From the NCBI GenBank assembly GCA_001661245.1, contig KV454013.1, positions 439,981 through 503,980 of the forward strand: a stretch of 64,000 nucleotides of DNA. Direction: 5' to 3'. The position numbers and the translations under genes are program-made. The stretch's first letter is position 1. Every line of letters starts with the position of its first letter. The DNA is from Pachysolen tannophilus NRRL Y-2460 (lineage: Eukaryota). The notes under the pieces were generated by a model. It was given only the letters and a program-made list of their open reading frames with translations. It ran no database searches and was not told the origin of the DNA. Of this stretch, positions 23,796 to 34,836 are shown one piece after another.

Positions 23796-24004
23796 TTTCT
23801 TTTTAATTAGTGACAAGATTTAATCTAAAACAATAATAATAACAATTATATTAATCAATTAGTTGTATTATTATACTACTCACTATATTCGAAATAATCA
23901 GTGCGAGTATTTTTTTTTTTTTTTCTCTCTCTTTTACCCGTATAAGCTGCCAACTAAATTTTTTTCCTTTCCATAAAGTGGTTAGATTTTTTCTTTGAAA
24001 TTTC

Positions 24005-24009
24005 ATTGG
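24005..24009 (-). promoter_or_regulatory. CCAAT box (Hap2/3/4/5) in the shared COX8/COX9 promoter
   Basis: ATTGG near the midpoint of the ~400-bp divergent promoter of two respiratory genes; short motif. Confidence 0.4.
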
Positions 24010-24198
24010 CCAAAGTTAGGAAGGCCCCAAACAGAATCTTTTAGAAAGTGGCCCATAACCTCGAAAATACCAAAGAGAAAGAAAAAAATTTAATATGGGA
24101 ATAATAGATATACAAGTATAGTTAATATATTTATATAATTATATTTATTTTCAAGTGTTAGAAATAAACATATAAATATTCAAAAAAAAAATTCGAAA

Positions 24199-24483
24199 AT
24201 GGCCGTTCAAATTACAGGTATGATAAGAAGAAGAATAATTGCTGATCTCAGTGTTGGTATGTATACAAATTTGCGATGATTAATTTTTTTTATCATGATG
24301 TTTTACCAGGTTTCCATCTTACTAACTGCTTTCAATTTTTTTTTTTTTTTAATTATAGGTGTCGTATTAGGTTTTGCTGGTGCAGCATACTGGTGGTGGG
24401 GATTCCACAAGGGTAAGGTTCAAGTCAGAGAAAATTACTATACCCAATTAGCTGAAAAGAAGAAGGCAGAAGAATCTGTTTAA
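24199..24483 (+). CDS. COX9: Cytochrome c oxidase subunit VIIa; 2 exons
   Basis: join(24199..24256,24359..24483). MAVQITGMIRRRIIADLSVGVVLGFAGAAYWWWGFHKGKVQVRENYYTQLAEKKKAEESV. Intron GTATGT..TACTAAC..TAG. Confidence 0.93.
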
Positions 24484-24954
24484 AGTTAAGGCGGTTTTAA
24501 AAGAAAAGAAAGAAAAACGAAAATGAAACAAAAGTGTTTGTATCAAGAAGTCTTCAAACAAGTAAGCCCATAGTGTTTTGGTATGAGAATTGAAATAAAA
24601 GGTGTTCATTATATTATTATTATTTTTATTTTTTCATTTTCTTTTTTATATTTATTTATTATCCTTTTAAAGTATTTTTTTATGACAAAAAAAGAAAAAT
24701 AAAGTAAAAAGTAATTAATCAAAGTTAACGTACACTTATATGTATAAAAAATTTTTCTTTTTGCAAATATTAAACATAAATGAAGGTGAATTAATTCAAT
24801 AATGACCAGATGGCTGTTAATGTTGATGACACCATATAATGTAGAGTCGTGTATTTCTGTATAATATTCTTTTTTAGGAAATCACAATATATATCTTGTT
24901 GAGTTAAAGTAAAAGATGTTCCTTTGTAGAGTATTTAAATTCAATTGATATAAG

Positions 24955-27117
24955 ATGGTAGAAGCTGTTAATGAGTATTCTTCCGTGTTGGATTTGGGGG
25001 AAGTACCCGAGAATTCATTATCTGAGTTAATTGAGATTTTCAGCCGAATTTCATTGCATGAAAAACAAAATCACTTGTTGGTATTATACAGGCCATTATC
25101 CAAATATATAAATAGGTTAACACCATTTAGTAAGTTGAAAGAATTGACTCAAATTTCCAAAGTAGTATGGTTAGATGAAGAAATAGATGAAAATATATTT
25201 AAAAGCTTTGAAAGCTTAGTTTTTTTGATTGAGGATGCTTATGAAAATATTGAAACTATGTCAGATATTATCAAGAGAAAGATTTTACCTTTAGATCAAA
25301 AATTTATTTTATCATGTATATTTACTTCAGCAAATCAATATTCCGATAGTCTTATTGTTGAAAACCTTAACTTAAAGGGAGATATAGATATATATTTTTG
25401 GAAAAATTTAAAGCCAATCAAAATCTTAAATGATTTATTAATTTTAGATAATAAGAATTCTGATTTGAAAAATTTATACCAGTTGAATTCAATTTCATCG
25501 TTATCACAATTAGCTGAAACTTTAATAAAACTTATAATGTTTTCAAAATTTAAAATGAGAATAACAAATATTTTTAAAAAGGGGATATTGTCTTTTAAGT
25601 TTGTTGATATCTTCTTAAAAGATCTAGAAATTTTTAAAAATTCTTTGGATTCAAAAGACAAGAAACTGTTAAACAACATTGAAGATTGTCTTTTCCTTGA
25701 TTCAAATTCATTTTTCAACAAACAATGTGATTTAATAGTTTTGGAAAGATCAATAGATTTGATCAGTCCTTTATTGACACAATTAACCTATATGGGACTT
25801 ATAGATGAATTTTACAAGATTGATTTGAATCAAATTGAAATTGAAAACTTAAATCATACCGAATCAAATAACAATGCACAAACTTCAATAATTTCATTTG
25901 ATGATGATAATTTTTTCCAAGAAGAATTAAAAGATTTAAATTTTTCCAAAGTTGGTCCAATATTAAATTTTAAAGCAAAATTTTTACAACAAGAATTTGA
26001 AAATAGACACAAGATCAAAGATAATTTAAATGAGATGAAATCATTTGTTAAAAGATTAAACGATTTGACTAACCAGCAGAATTTGATCAAGAATCATACC
26101 TTAATAGCTGAAAGCATTTTGAATAAAGTTAAAAATAATAACAATGAAGATACAATAAAATTAGATTTAATTGAAGGAGAACAAGATGATGAAGATGATA
26201 GTTATTTTTCAAAATTTATTGATTTACAGCAACAGATCTTGTCCAATAATTTAGATAATTCTTCAAATTGTGATCAAATATTGAAATTCTTATATATTTA
26301 TGATCCACCATTAAAAGATTTTTTCAGATTATTAATTTTAACTAGTATAGTTAAACGAGGTATCCGATTTAAAGAGTATAATAGCTTCAAAAAAGAAATC
26401 CTTGAACATTATGGATTTGATAAGTTGATCTTATTAAATAAGTTGAGAGATTTAAAGTTATTTTATATCAGGGAAGGAACAAACGAGAGCAATTTCACCT
26501 TATTATTCAATAATCGTAATAATAATACTAGTATCAATAATGGTAATACAACAAATAATAACGAAAACTTACATTCAGATACCAATAATTTCCAATCTTC
26601 AGCACAATTAATTAAAGATTTTGCTGACTTAAGCTATAATCTAAATTTACTTCCAGATGGTAATAACACAAATTTAGAAGAAGAACCAGATTTCGTACTA
26701 CCGGGATATATTCCAGTTATAACTAGATTGATCCAATCCATCTATTCTAGAGATTTTATGATTAATAACACTTTAAAACCCAATGATGCCCAACCTTTAA
26801 AGAAATTTAACTGGGAAAACTTAAACCAATACTTAAGTCCCGACTATTACAAAAATTTCGAAAAAGACGAATTTACAGAAGAGTTATTAATACCTGAATC
26901 CAAAAGTCAAATTTTCAAACATGCACAACCTCGTACAACAAATAAGGAAGAAGAACTAATAATACTAGTCATGATCGGTGGCATAACATACGCAGAATTA
27001 GCAAGCATCAGATTCATCATTAACAAAATCAATAAAGATAAAGGCTACAACAAAAAACTAATTGTCTTGACAAATGGAATAATTAAAGGTGATGATATTA
27101 TAGAAATGTGTTCATAA
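24955..27117 (+). CDS. VPS33: Sec1/Munc18-family vacuolar sorting protein
   Basis: LIVLERSIDLISPLLTQLTYMGLIDE, LKDLNFSKVG, GYIPVITRLIQ, IGGITYAELASIRF; syntenic with COX8/CST9. Confidence 0.88.
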   Translation: MVEAVNEYSSVLDLGEVPENSLSELIEIFSRISLHEKQNHLLVLYRPLSKYINRLTPFSKLKELTQISKVVWLDEEIDENIFKSFESLVFLIEDAYENIETMSDIIKRKILPLDQKFILSCIFTSANQYSDSLIVENLNLKGDIDIYFWKNLKPIKILNDLLILDNKNSDLKNLYQLNSISSLSQLAETLIKLIMFSKFKMRITNIFKKGILSFKFVDIFLKDLEIFKNSLDSKDKKLLNNIEDCLFLDSNSFFNKQCDLIVLERSIDLISPLLTQLTYMGLIDEFYKIDLNQIEIENLNHTESNNNAQTSIISFDDDNFFQEELKDLNFSKVGPILNFKAKFLQQEFENRHKIKDNLNEMKSFVKRLNDLTNQQNLIKNHTLIAESILNKVKNNNNEDTIKLDLIEGEQDDEDDSYFSKFIDLQQQILSNNLDNSSNCDQILKFLYIYDPPLKDFFRLLILTSIVKRGIRFKEYNSFKKEILEHYGFDKLILLNKLRDLKLFYIREGTNESNFTLLFNNRNNNTSINNGNTTNNNENLHSDTNNFQSSAQLIKDFADLSYNLNLLPDGNNTNLEEEPDFVLPGYIPVITRLIQSIYSRDFMINNTLKPNDAQPLKKFNWENLNQYLSPDYYKNFEKDEFTEELLIPESKSQIFKHAQPRTTNKEEELIILVMIGGITYAELASIRFIINKINKDKGYNKKLIVLTNGIIKGDDIIEMCS

Positions 27118-27120
27118 CCT

Positions 27121-27159
27121 GAGATGAGAAGGTGAAAAAAAAAAAAAAAAAATTTTTTT
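27121..27159 (+). promoter_or_regulatory. PAC and RRPE-like elements upstream of IKI3/ELP1
   Basis: GAGATGAG (27121-27128) followed by TGAAAA(n)TTTT; typical of ribosome-biogenesis regulon promoters. Confidence 0.45.
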
Positions 27160-27333
27160 AGTAATTTTTTTTTCTGGTTCAGATGATCATTTTTGTCTAC
27201 CCCGTAGAAGAAAGAAATCAGTAGCTTTTTAAAAATAAAAGTGACGGTTTTCATAGTCAGTATTTAAGGTTAATTATATTGTTTGTCTTTTATGTTTTTT
27301 TTCCTTAATTTTTTATATTGGTATATTTAAAAG

Positions 27334-30300
27334 ATGCGAAATCTTACGGTATTAAATAAAGGTCGTATTGTGCCGCAATCGATAACTTATCCTGATTTAC
27401 AAGTAATAGATGCTGTATTCGATCCAATCAATGATAGTATAACGTATTGTTTAAGTAATGAGGAATCACATCTTATTGAGGTTCAGCAGTTTCTGAAAAC
27501 TGGTGAGATTACAACTTTAGCTTCATTTCCAATAAAGGAGTTTGATACGTTATTAAGTTTTAGTCATTTTGCTGATTCTTTTCAATTAATTTTCATATTC
27601 CGTCAAGGTGATATAGTGAGAGCAACATATGATCCACAAGTTCCTTCTCCTGATTCCACTGTTGTTGAGATTGTTGGATCAATAGATTGTGGTTTAAAAT
27701 GTGCTTCGTGGTCTCCAGATGAAGAAAGTTTAGCAATGTTGTCAATGGAGAACAATTTATTACTTCTTTCGAGATTATTTGAACCAATTGCTGAAAAAAT
27801 TTTAGACCCAAAAGAAGTAAACTTGAAAACACAGGTTTCTGTTGGATGGGGTAAAAAGGAAACACAATTCAAAGGGAAAGGAGCGAGAGCAATAGAAAGA
27901 GAAAAACTTTCAAAGGAAGGTGGTGGTGGTTTACAAGATCCAACCTTGGCTATTATAGAAAAGGGTGAATTGAGCGAATATGATGATCATTCAAGTAAAA
28001 TATCTTGGAGAGGTGACTGTTCATACTTTGCTATTACTAACATTGAAACCCCTGAAGTTGATGGTGATCCAAGAAGAGTCATTAGGGTTTATACCAGAGA
28101 TGGTGAATTGGAAAGTTGCTCAGAAGCAGTTGATGGTTTGGAAAGTAACTTGTCCTGGAAACCTCAAGGATCTTTAATTGCATCAACACAGAGAAGACTT
28201 GAAGAAGAGATTGGTGAGGAAGTATTGGATTTGGTTTTTTTTGAGAAAAATGGTTTAAGACATGGTGGGTTTACTTCAAGGTTGCCTCCTGCTTCTAGAA
28301 TTTTGAAGTTAGAATGGTCACTGAATTCTGAAGTATTATGCTTCCAATTAGAAAATTCTATTCAATTTTGGACCACTAAAAATTACCATTGGTATTTGAA
28401 ACAAGAAATATTAAGTGATGAACCAATTAGATTCATATATTTCCATCAGGAAAAACCATTAAGAATAATGATTGGAACTGAAACTTCACTTAGAATTATA
28501 GATTTAGCATACAAGACAATAAATGGACCTACATGCTCACCGAATGATATAGGTATGACATGTTCTATTGATGGTAGGACATGCTTGATAACTCCATTGG
28601 CTTTGGCAAATGTCCCTCCACCAATGGGATACAGAGAAATTGATTGCAATGAACCTTTATTGGATGTTTCAATTTCTTCAACAAATAGCATCATGGCTTG
28701 CTTAAGTAATACCAATTTAACTTTAGTGACACTAGATGAAAAAATTCAAGCACCAAAAATTGTTTCCGATTTCAAACTTTCTGAGTTTGATATTATCAGT
28801 GAAGAAGTAAGACAAATTGCAGTAATAAGAAACGATTTTGTAGTTATATTGTATGATAATGAATTTAACTCAAAATTGTGTGTCCTTGATATTAAAAATG
28901 ATTTATACAGACCAAAAATAATAACTACAGTTGATGTTTCTCCAAAGATTGTCTTATTAAAACAACAGTCAGATTTCAATGGTGTGACTTATGAAACAAT
29001 AGCTGGTAAAGTTTTTCAATTGACTGATGATTTTGAAAGCGTGGAACTATGTCATTTCCCACAGTTATGTACTGAATATGAAGTCGCATTAAAACCTTCA
29101 AACGAGGAATTTGGCGATGGTGAAGCAAAATTTGTTGTGTTTGGTATAACATCAAATGGTAAGCTTTTTGCAAATGATCAGCAATTGTCTTCTGCGGTCA
29201 CTTCTTTGAAAGTCACTGAGGCTCATTTAATATATACTACAGCTCAACACCAAATCAAATTTGTACATTTATCAAATGATTTGAATTATAGAGTTGTTGA
29301 AGATGCTCAAAATCAAAATAATTCCACATTTGCAGATGAAAGAGTTAGATTGATTGAGAGAGGTTCCATTATAGTATCCGTTATACCTTCAAAGCTAACA
29401 GTGGTTTTACAGGCACCTAGAGGTAACTTGGAGAGTATCTACCCAAGAATTATGACGTTGACTGGAGTAAGAAACGATATCAAGTCTAAGAATTACAAGA
29501 AAGCCTTTATGACATGTAGAACTCATAGAATTGATTTAGATATATTGTATGACTATGATCCGCAGTTGTTTTTCAGCAATTTGGAACTCTTTGTCAATCA
29601 GATTGAGAAAGTCGAATATTTGGATTTGTTTGTTAGTTGTTTACACGAGGAAGATGCTACAAAGACAAAATACAAAGAGACGTTGAATTTGAAACTGGAG
29701 AATAATATTCCTGAGGAGAATGTGCAATCTTTCAAAGAAAAACAAATTGATCCTAAGGATAGCAAAGTTAATAAAATTTGTGAAGGCATATTATCAGTAT
29801 TGTTGAAGCCTAAGTACAAGAAGAAGTATTTGCAAACGATAATAACTGCATATGCCTGTGAAAGGCCTCCAAACTTGGAAACTGCATTGACCTTGATTAG
29901 TTCTTTCACCTCTCAAGAGGATATAGAGAAAACGGTTCAACATTTATGCTTTCTCCAAGATGTCAACAGGTTGTATAACGTTGCTTTGTCATTGTATGAT
30001 ATCCCTTTGACATTGATAGTAGCCCAACAATCACAAAAAGATCCAAAAGAGTATCTCCCATTTTTGCAAAATTTGCATGTTCAACCTGATTTGAGAAAGA
30101 AATTTTTGATTGATACGCACCTAAAGAATTTTGAGAAAGCTTTGAATTCTTTGACTAAAATTGAAGATGTCGATATGGAAGAAGTTAAAGAGTATATTAT
30201 CGATCACGATTTATACAAACACGCTTTGTCTATTTATAAGGATGATAAACTGAAAATTGACATCATATTGAAGATATATGCCAAGTTTTTGCATGGGAAG

Positions 30301-31263
30301 TCCGAGTTTGTTGAAGCTGGTATAACTTATGAAATTTTAGGAGAATATGAATTGGCTCTTGAGGATTATATTTTGGCTAGAAGATGGAGGGAAGCTCTTA
30401 CATTAGCTTTAAGGCCTGAATTGAAAGAAAAAAAATTGATTGAATCATGTGAAAGGTTGACAGTGTTTTTAACTGAAGAACACAAATATACCGCAGCGGC
30501 TGAAATTGAATTCAAGTATTTGAAGAATATTGAAGAAGCGTTAAAATTGTATTGTAAGGATTATTATTTCGAAACAGCTATACTTTTATGCGTTGATGAA
30601 AACAAATTGGAGTTGATCGAGGACGTTATTGATCCTGCATTAGGTGAGGGCCTTGGTGTGATTTTGGAGTTACTTGCTGATTGTTTCAAACAAGTAGAAT
30701 CACAATTATCAAGATTAAGAGAGTTACGTTTCAAGAAAAAAGAAGATCCTTATGCTTTCTACGGTGAAGATGGTGTTGACTCGATGGACACTCCGGATAA
30801 TGTTTCTATTGCAGCTTCTGAGACATCTACAAAAGAATCATTTTTCACAAGATACACTGGTAAGACTTCGGGAACAGCTAAAACTGGTGCTTCCAGACGT
30901 ACTGCTAAAAACAAGAGAAGAGAAGAACGTAAGAAGGCAAGAGGTAAAAAAGGTACTATTTACGAAGAAGAATATCTTGTTAAGTCTATTGGTAGATTAA
31001 TTGAAAGGCTAGAGACAACAGAGCCGGAATCTGTAAGATTAATTGAAGGATTAATCAAGAGAAATAGGTTTAAAGAAGCTTATGATTTACAGAAAAGGTT
31101 TATTCAACTTTTACAGTTGTTAAAGGACAACATCCAGGAGATATACAATATCAGCGAAAAGGATAGAGAAAGAGTTGATGATAACGGTATGATTTATTAC
31201 CTCCCAGAAATCCCAATTCCATCTATTAAGGAATATCCAAAGAAAAATATTTTGGATTTTTAA
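27334..31263 (+). CDS. IKI3: Elongator complex subunit 1
   Basis: MRNL start, SVGWGKKETQFKGKGAR, SWRGD, FFEKNGLRHG, NYHWYLKQE, QAPRGNLE, SQKDPKEYLPFL, basic RRTAKNKRREERKKARGKKGTIYEEEYL. Confidence 0.95.
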   Translation: MRNLTVLNKGRIVPQSITYPDLQVIDAVFDPINDSITYCLSNEESHLIEVQQFLKTGEITTLASFPIKEFDTLLSFSHFADSFQLIFIFRQGDIVRATYDPQVPSPDSTVVEIVGSIDCGLKCASWSPDEESLAMLSMENNLLLLSRLFEPIAEKILDPKEVNLKTQVSVGWGKKETQFKGKGARAIEREKLSKEGGGGLQDPTLAIIEKGELSEYDDHSSKISWRGDCSYFAITNIETPEVDGDPRRVIRVYTRDGELESCSEAVDGLESNLSWKPQGSLIASTQRRLEEEIGEEVLDLVFFEKNGLRHGGFTSRLPPASRILKLEWSLNSEVLCFQLENSIQFWTTKNYHWYLKQEILSDEPIRFIYFHQEKPLRIMIGTETSLRIIDLAYKTINGPTCSPNDIGMTCSIDGRTCLITPLALANVPPPMGYREIDCNEPLLDVSISSTNSIMACLSNTNLTLVTLDEKIQAPKIVSDFKLSEFDIISEEVRQIAVIRNDFVVILYDNEFNSKLCVLDIKNDLYRPKIITTVDVSPKIVLLKQQSDFNGVTYETIAGKVFQLTDDFESVELCHFPQLCTEYEVALKPSNEEFGDGEAKFVVFGITSNGKLFANDQQLSSAVTSLKVTEAHLIYTTAQHQIKFVHLSNDLNYRVVEDAQNQNNSTFADERVRLIERGSIIVSVIPSKLTVVLQAPRGNLESIYPRIMTLTGVRNDIKSKNYKKAFMTCRTHRIDLDILYDYDPQLFFSNLELFVNQIEKVEYLDLFVSCLHEEDATKTKYKETLNLKLENNIPEENVQSFKEKQIDPKDSKVNKICEGILSVLLKPKYKKKYLQTIITAYACERPPNLETALTLISSFTSQEDIEKTVQHLCFLQDVNRLYNVALSLYDIPLTLIVAQQSQKDPKEYLPFLQNLHVQPDLRKKFLIDTHLKNFEKALNSLTKIEDVDMEEVKEYIIDHDLYKHALSIYKDDKLKIDIILKIYAKFLHGKSEFVEAGITYEILGEYELALEDYILARRWREALTLALRPELKEKKLIESCERLTVFLTEEHKYTAAAEIEFKYLKNIEEALKLYCKDYYFETAILLCVDENKLELIEDVIDPALGEGLGVILELLADCFKQVESQLSRLRELRFKKKEDPYAFYGEDGVDSMDTPDNVSIAASETSTKESFFTRYTGKTSGTAKTGASRRTAKNKRREERKKARGKKGTIYEEEYLVKSIGRLIERLETTEPESVRLIEGLIKRNRFKEAYDLQKRFIQLLQLLKDNIQEIYNISEKDRERVDDNGMIYYLPEIPIPSIKEYPKKNILDF

Positions 31264-31353
31264 AACAATTTGTATTTTATATATGCTAACTTTTTGAATT
31301 AAAATGCTTTGTAAATTGTTAAAATAAAAATATTGTACGTAATACTTTTAATT

Positions 31354-31833
31354 TTATAACTTCTTTTCGTGATCTAAAAGAATATCTTTCAATTCTAATA
31401 CACATTTCTTTATAGCATCATTATAACTTTCTTTCTTACATTTAGTAAATGCCAATGATTTTGAAGGTAAATTATGAGATTTAGCTATACCCACCGATTC
31501 ATGAAATGTACCATCTTTCAAAGTTAACCTTACAATTGTCGTCATTTGCATCGAATACCGATTTTCTTCTACATTCTCATCAAACAGTATTATCTCATTA
31601 CCAACAATCTGTGTAGACCAACCATCAAACCCAAACGATTCATTACACAAATTTAACACCGTGGTTAAACTCAATTTTTGAAAAGCAAATCCGTAATTAT
31701 TAAACCTCGCCTTATTATAATTTAGCAAATTGTCCAACTTCAAATTCAATGTACCTATTTTCAGAATTGACCACTCTGAAACTGGTACATCTTGGTCTAT
31801 CAACGTCTCACTAAAATCATCATATGTTATCAT
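31354..31833 (-). CDS. RAD59: Rad52-family DNA annealing protein Rad59
   Basis: 159 aa consisting only of the Rad52/22 N-terminal domain: WS..KIGTL, NESFGFDGWST, VRLTLKDGT, KCKKES. Confidence 0.85.
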   Translation of the reverse strand: MITYDDFSETLIDQDVPVSEWSILKIGTLNLKLDNLLNYNKARFNNYGFAFQKLSLTTVLNLCNESFGFDGWSTQIVGNEIILFDENVEENRYSMQMTTIVRLTLKDGTFHESVGIAKSHNLPSKSLAFTKCKKESYNDAIKKCVLELKDILLDHEKKL

Positions 31834-32079
31834 ACTACTGATCTTTCTGATCTCTCTTTCTCCTTTGGTGTTTATAATTTAAATTGCTAAAACCTTTTGT
31901 TTTTGCTAATTTTTTATTTTCTTTTACTATTTTAAATTGATGATGTCCCCGCAAAACAAGATCATGAATAATTTTTAAATAAATTAAATACTTAAACGAT
32001 AATAAATCCTCATTAGAATTGATTGATATTTTATTGAGATATCACACTTGATGGTAAGGTGTTGTAATTGTAATTGGTT

Positions 32080-34836
32080 ATGTCTACAGATACTCTTAGA
32101 TTTGATAATAAGGTTGTAATCATCACCGGTGCTGGTGGTGGTTTGGGTAAAACTTATGCTTTACTATTTGCTTCGAGAGGTGCGAAAGTTGTTGTCAATG
32201 ATTTAGGTGGTAGTTTAGCAGGTTCTGGGACTTCCAATAAAGCTGCTGACTTGGTGGTAAAGGAAATTGAGGCGAATGGTGGTATTGCACTGGCAAATTA
32301 TGATAATATTGTGACAAATCCTGATGGAATATTGAAAACAGCAATTGACAATTTCGGGACGGTTCATATCTTGATCAACAATGCTGGTATCTTGAAAGAT
32401 TCTAGCTTTGCCAAGATGAGCGAGTCTGCATTTAGTGATGTAGTTGCAGTTCATCTTGAAGGTTCTTTTAAATTGACCAAATTGTGCTGGCCATATTTTA
32501 GGAATCAGAATTATGGAAGAATTATTAATACTGCTTCGCCAGCTGGCTTATACGGGAATTTTGGACAACTGAATTACTCTGCTGCTAAATTGGGACTCGT
32601 TGGACTTAGTGAGACGTTAGCTAAGGAAGGATTTAAGTATAATATCAAGTGTAACGCTATAGCACCAATCGCACGTTCAAGAATGACTGAAAATTTACTA
32701 CCACCTAATATCTTGGAGAAATTATCACCAAACAAGATTTCTCCCTTAGTTGCGTATTTGGGTCATAGTTCAAACGAAATCACAGGTGCTATTTTTGAAG
32801 TTGCAGCAGGGTTTTTTGGCCAGATTAGATGGGAAAGATCTGGTGGAGTTTATTTCAAACCAAATGATTCTTTTACTCCAGAAGCTATATTAAACAAATT
32901 CAAAGATATTTTAATATTTGATGCTGGTACCACTCAGCATCCAAAAATGTTAAATGATTATAATAAGATTTATGAGACTACGAGTAAATTTGAGAAAGAT
33001 AATGATCAAGGTAAAGAGAAAATTGATTTGAAAGGGAAAGTAGTTATTATCACAGGGGCAGGAAGTGGTCTTGGAAAGAGTCATGCTTTATTCTATGCAA
33101 AATATGGTGCAAAAGTTGTTGTAAACGATTTTAGAGATCCTGAATCTTGTTGCAATGAGATTAATCTGAGGTATGGAAACAACACTGCGGTTCCAGCTAA
33201 ATGTGATGTCTTTTCGGAGCCTGAAACTATTGTTGATATTGCTTTAAATCATTTCGGAAGAATAGATATCTTGGTAAATAATGCTGGTATCTTAAGGGAT
33301 AGGTCTTTTGGCAAAATGTCTGATAAAGAATGGAGTGATGTATTGAACATTCACTTGTTTGGTACATTCAAATTAACAAAATTATGCTGGCCGATTTTTT
33401 TAAAACAAAAGTTTGGTAGGATTATAAACACCACTTCAACCTCAGGCATCTATGGTAACTTTGGACAAGCCAACTATGCGGCAGCAAAAGCTGCAATTTT
33501 GGGTCTTTCAAGGACTTTAGCAATTGAAGGTGCAAAACATAACATAATAACAAATGTCATTGCACCTCATGCAGAAACTTCAATGACGAAAACAATTTTC
33601 GAAAAGAATGAATTAAATAAATTTGAGCCTACTCAGGTTTCTCCTTTGTTAATTGTGTTGTCAATGGATAAGGTTCCGGTTATAGGTGAATTATTTGAAA
33701 TTGGAGCTGGTTGGATTGGAAATACAAGATGGCAAAGAGCTAAAGGAGTTATATGTCATGATCAAGATATTAGTATTGAGTTTGTTGCCAATAACATTGA
33801 TAAAATAACTGATTTTACAGAAGGTACTTTGGCTATAAAGTCTATTCAGGAATCGAGCATGTCTATATTAACAGCAGTTGATAGTAACAATGGGGGCGAC
33901 GACAACGAAGATGATGATGATGAAGATGACGATGAAAATGATGAAGATGAAGATGAAGATGAGGAGAACAATCCCGGAAATGACAGTTATCATTTCAACC
34001 ATCGTCAAGTCATTCTATATAACATCAGTGTTGGCGCAACAGCAAAAGATCTACAATATGTTTACGAAAACGATGCACAATTCAAAGTGTTACCATCTTT
34101 TGGTGTTATCCCATTTATGAACCAAGAAGATGGTGGCTTGAACATGCCCCAAATTACTAAGAATTTTAATCCAATGCTGCTATTACATGGTGAGCATTAC
34201 TTAAAATTAAACCAGTTCCCAATCCCAACATCAGGAACACTAATCACTAAAAGTTTCCCAATAGCTGTAATCGATAAGGGAAAAAACTGTGTGATAGTTG
34301 CAGGCTATGAAACGCTTGATCAAAAAACACAAAAGGTTTTGTTTTACAATGAAGCATCATATTTTGTAAGAAATTGTTCTTCAAAAACAGGTCAAACAAA
34401 GTTTTTCAAGAAAAGAGAAGAATTTGCATCCAAAATGTTCAATGCACCTTCTGGAACACCTTATTTTGAATCTGAATATAAAACTTCCCCTGATCAAGCG
34501 TCGATATACAGACTAAACGGAGATTTTAATCCTTTGCACATTGATCCAGTGTTTGCTAATGGCGCACATTTTCAACGACCAATTCTACACGGTTTGGCTT
34601 CTTTTGGTATATCTTGTAAGATATTATACGAAAAATTTGGATCATTCAACCAAGTAAAATTGAGATTTTCTAATATCGTTTATCCAGGTGAAACATTATT
34701 AGTCAAAGCATGGAGAGATTCCGCAGATAAGACTTTAATCATATGGGAAACATGGAGTCTTGACAGGAATTGTCGTGTCATCTCCAATGCTGGTCTAAGA
34801 TTACTTGAATCAAAACAGAGAAATCCCAAATTATGA
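32080..34836 (+). CDS. FOX2: Peroxisomal multifunctional beta-oxidation enzyme (two SDR domains + hydratase 2)
   Basis: Two TGAGxGLG/NNAGIL/GNFGQxNY domains, hydratase motif YRLNGDFNPLHIDP..PILHGL, C-terminal PKL. First ATG is at 32080 (the track starts at a TTG). Confidence 0.95.
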   Translation: MSTDTLRFDNKVVIITGAGGGLGKTYALLFASRGAKVVVNDLGGSLAGSGTSNKAADLVVKEIEANGGIALANYDNIVTNPDGILKTAIDNFGTVHILINNAGILKDSSFAKMSESAFSDVVAVHLEGSFKLTKLCWPYFRNQNYGRIINTASPAGLYGNFGQLNYSAAKLGLVGLSETLAKEGFKYNIKCNAIAPIARSRMTENLLPPNILEKLSPNKISPLVAYLGHSSNEITGAIFEVAAGFFGQIRWERSGGVYFKPNDSFTPEAILNKFKDILIFDAGTTQHPKMLNDYNKIYETTSKFEKDNDQGKEKIDLKGKVVIITGAGSGLGKSHALFYAKYGAKVVVNDFRDPESCCNEINLRYGNNTAVPAKCDVFSEPETIVDIALNHFGRIDILVNNAGILRDRSFGKMSDKEWSDVLNIHLFGTFKLTKLCWPIFLKQKFGRIINTTSTSGIYGNFGQANYAAAKAAILGLSRTLAIEGAKHNIITNVIAPHAETSMTKTIFEKNELNKFEPTQVSPLLIVLSMDKVPVIGELFEIGAGWIGNTRWQRAKGVICHDQDISIEFVANNIDKITDFTEGTLAIKSIQESSMSILTAVDSNNGGDDNEDDDDEDDDENDEDEDEDEENNPGNDSYHFNHRQVILYNISVGATAKDLQYVYENDAQFKVLPSFGVIPFMNQEDGGLNMPQITKNFNPMLLLHGEHYLKLNQFPIPTSGTLITKSFPIAVIDKGKNCVIVAGYETLDQKTQKVLFYNEASYFVRNCSSKTGQTKFFKKREEFASKMFNAPSGTPYFESEYKTSPDQASIYRLNGDFNPLHIDPVFANGAHFQRPILHGLASFGISCKILYEKFGSFNQVKLRFSNIVYPGETLLVKAWRDSADKTLIIWETWSLDRNCRVISNAGLRLLESKQRNPKL

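Noticed and set aside
33895..33970. Acidic D/E run in Fox2
   Set aside because: Low-complexity interdomain linker; similar acidic linkers are recalled in other yeast Fox2 proteins.
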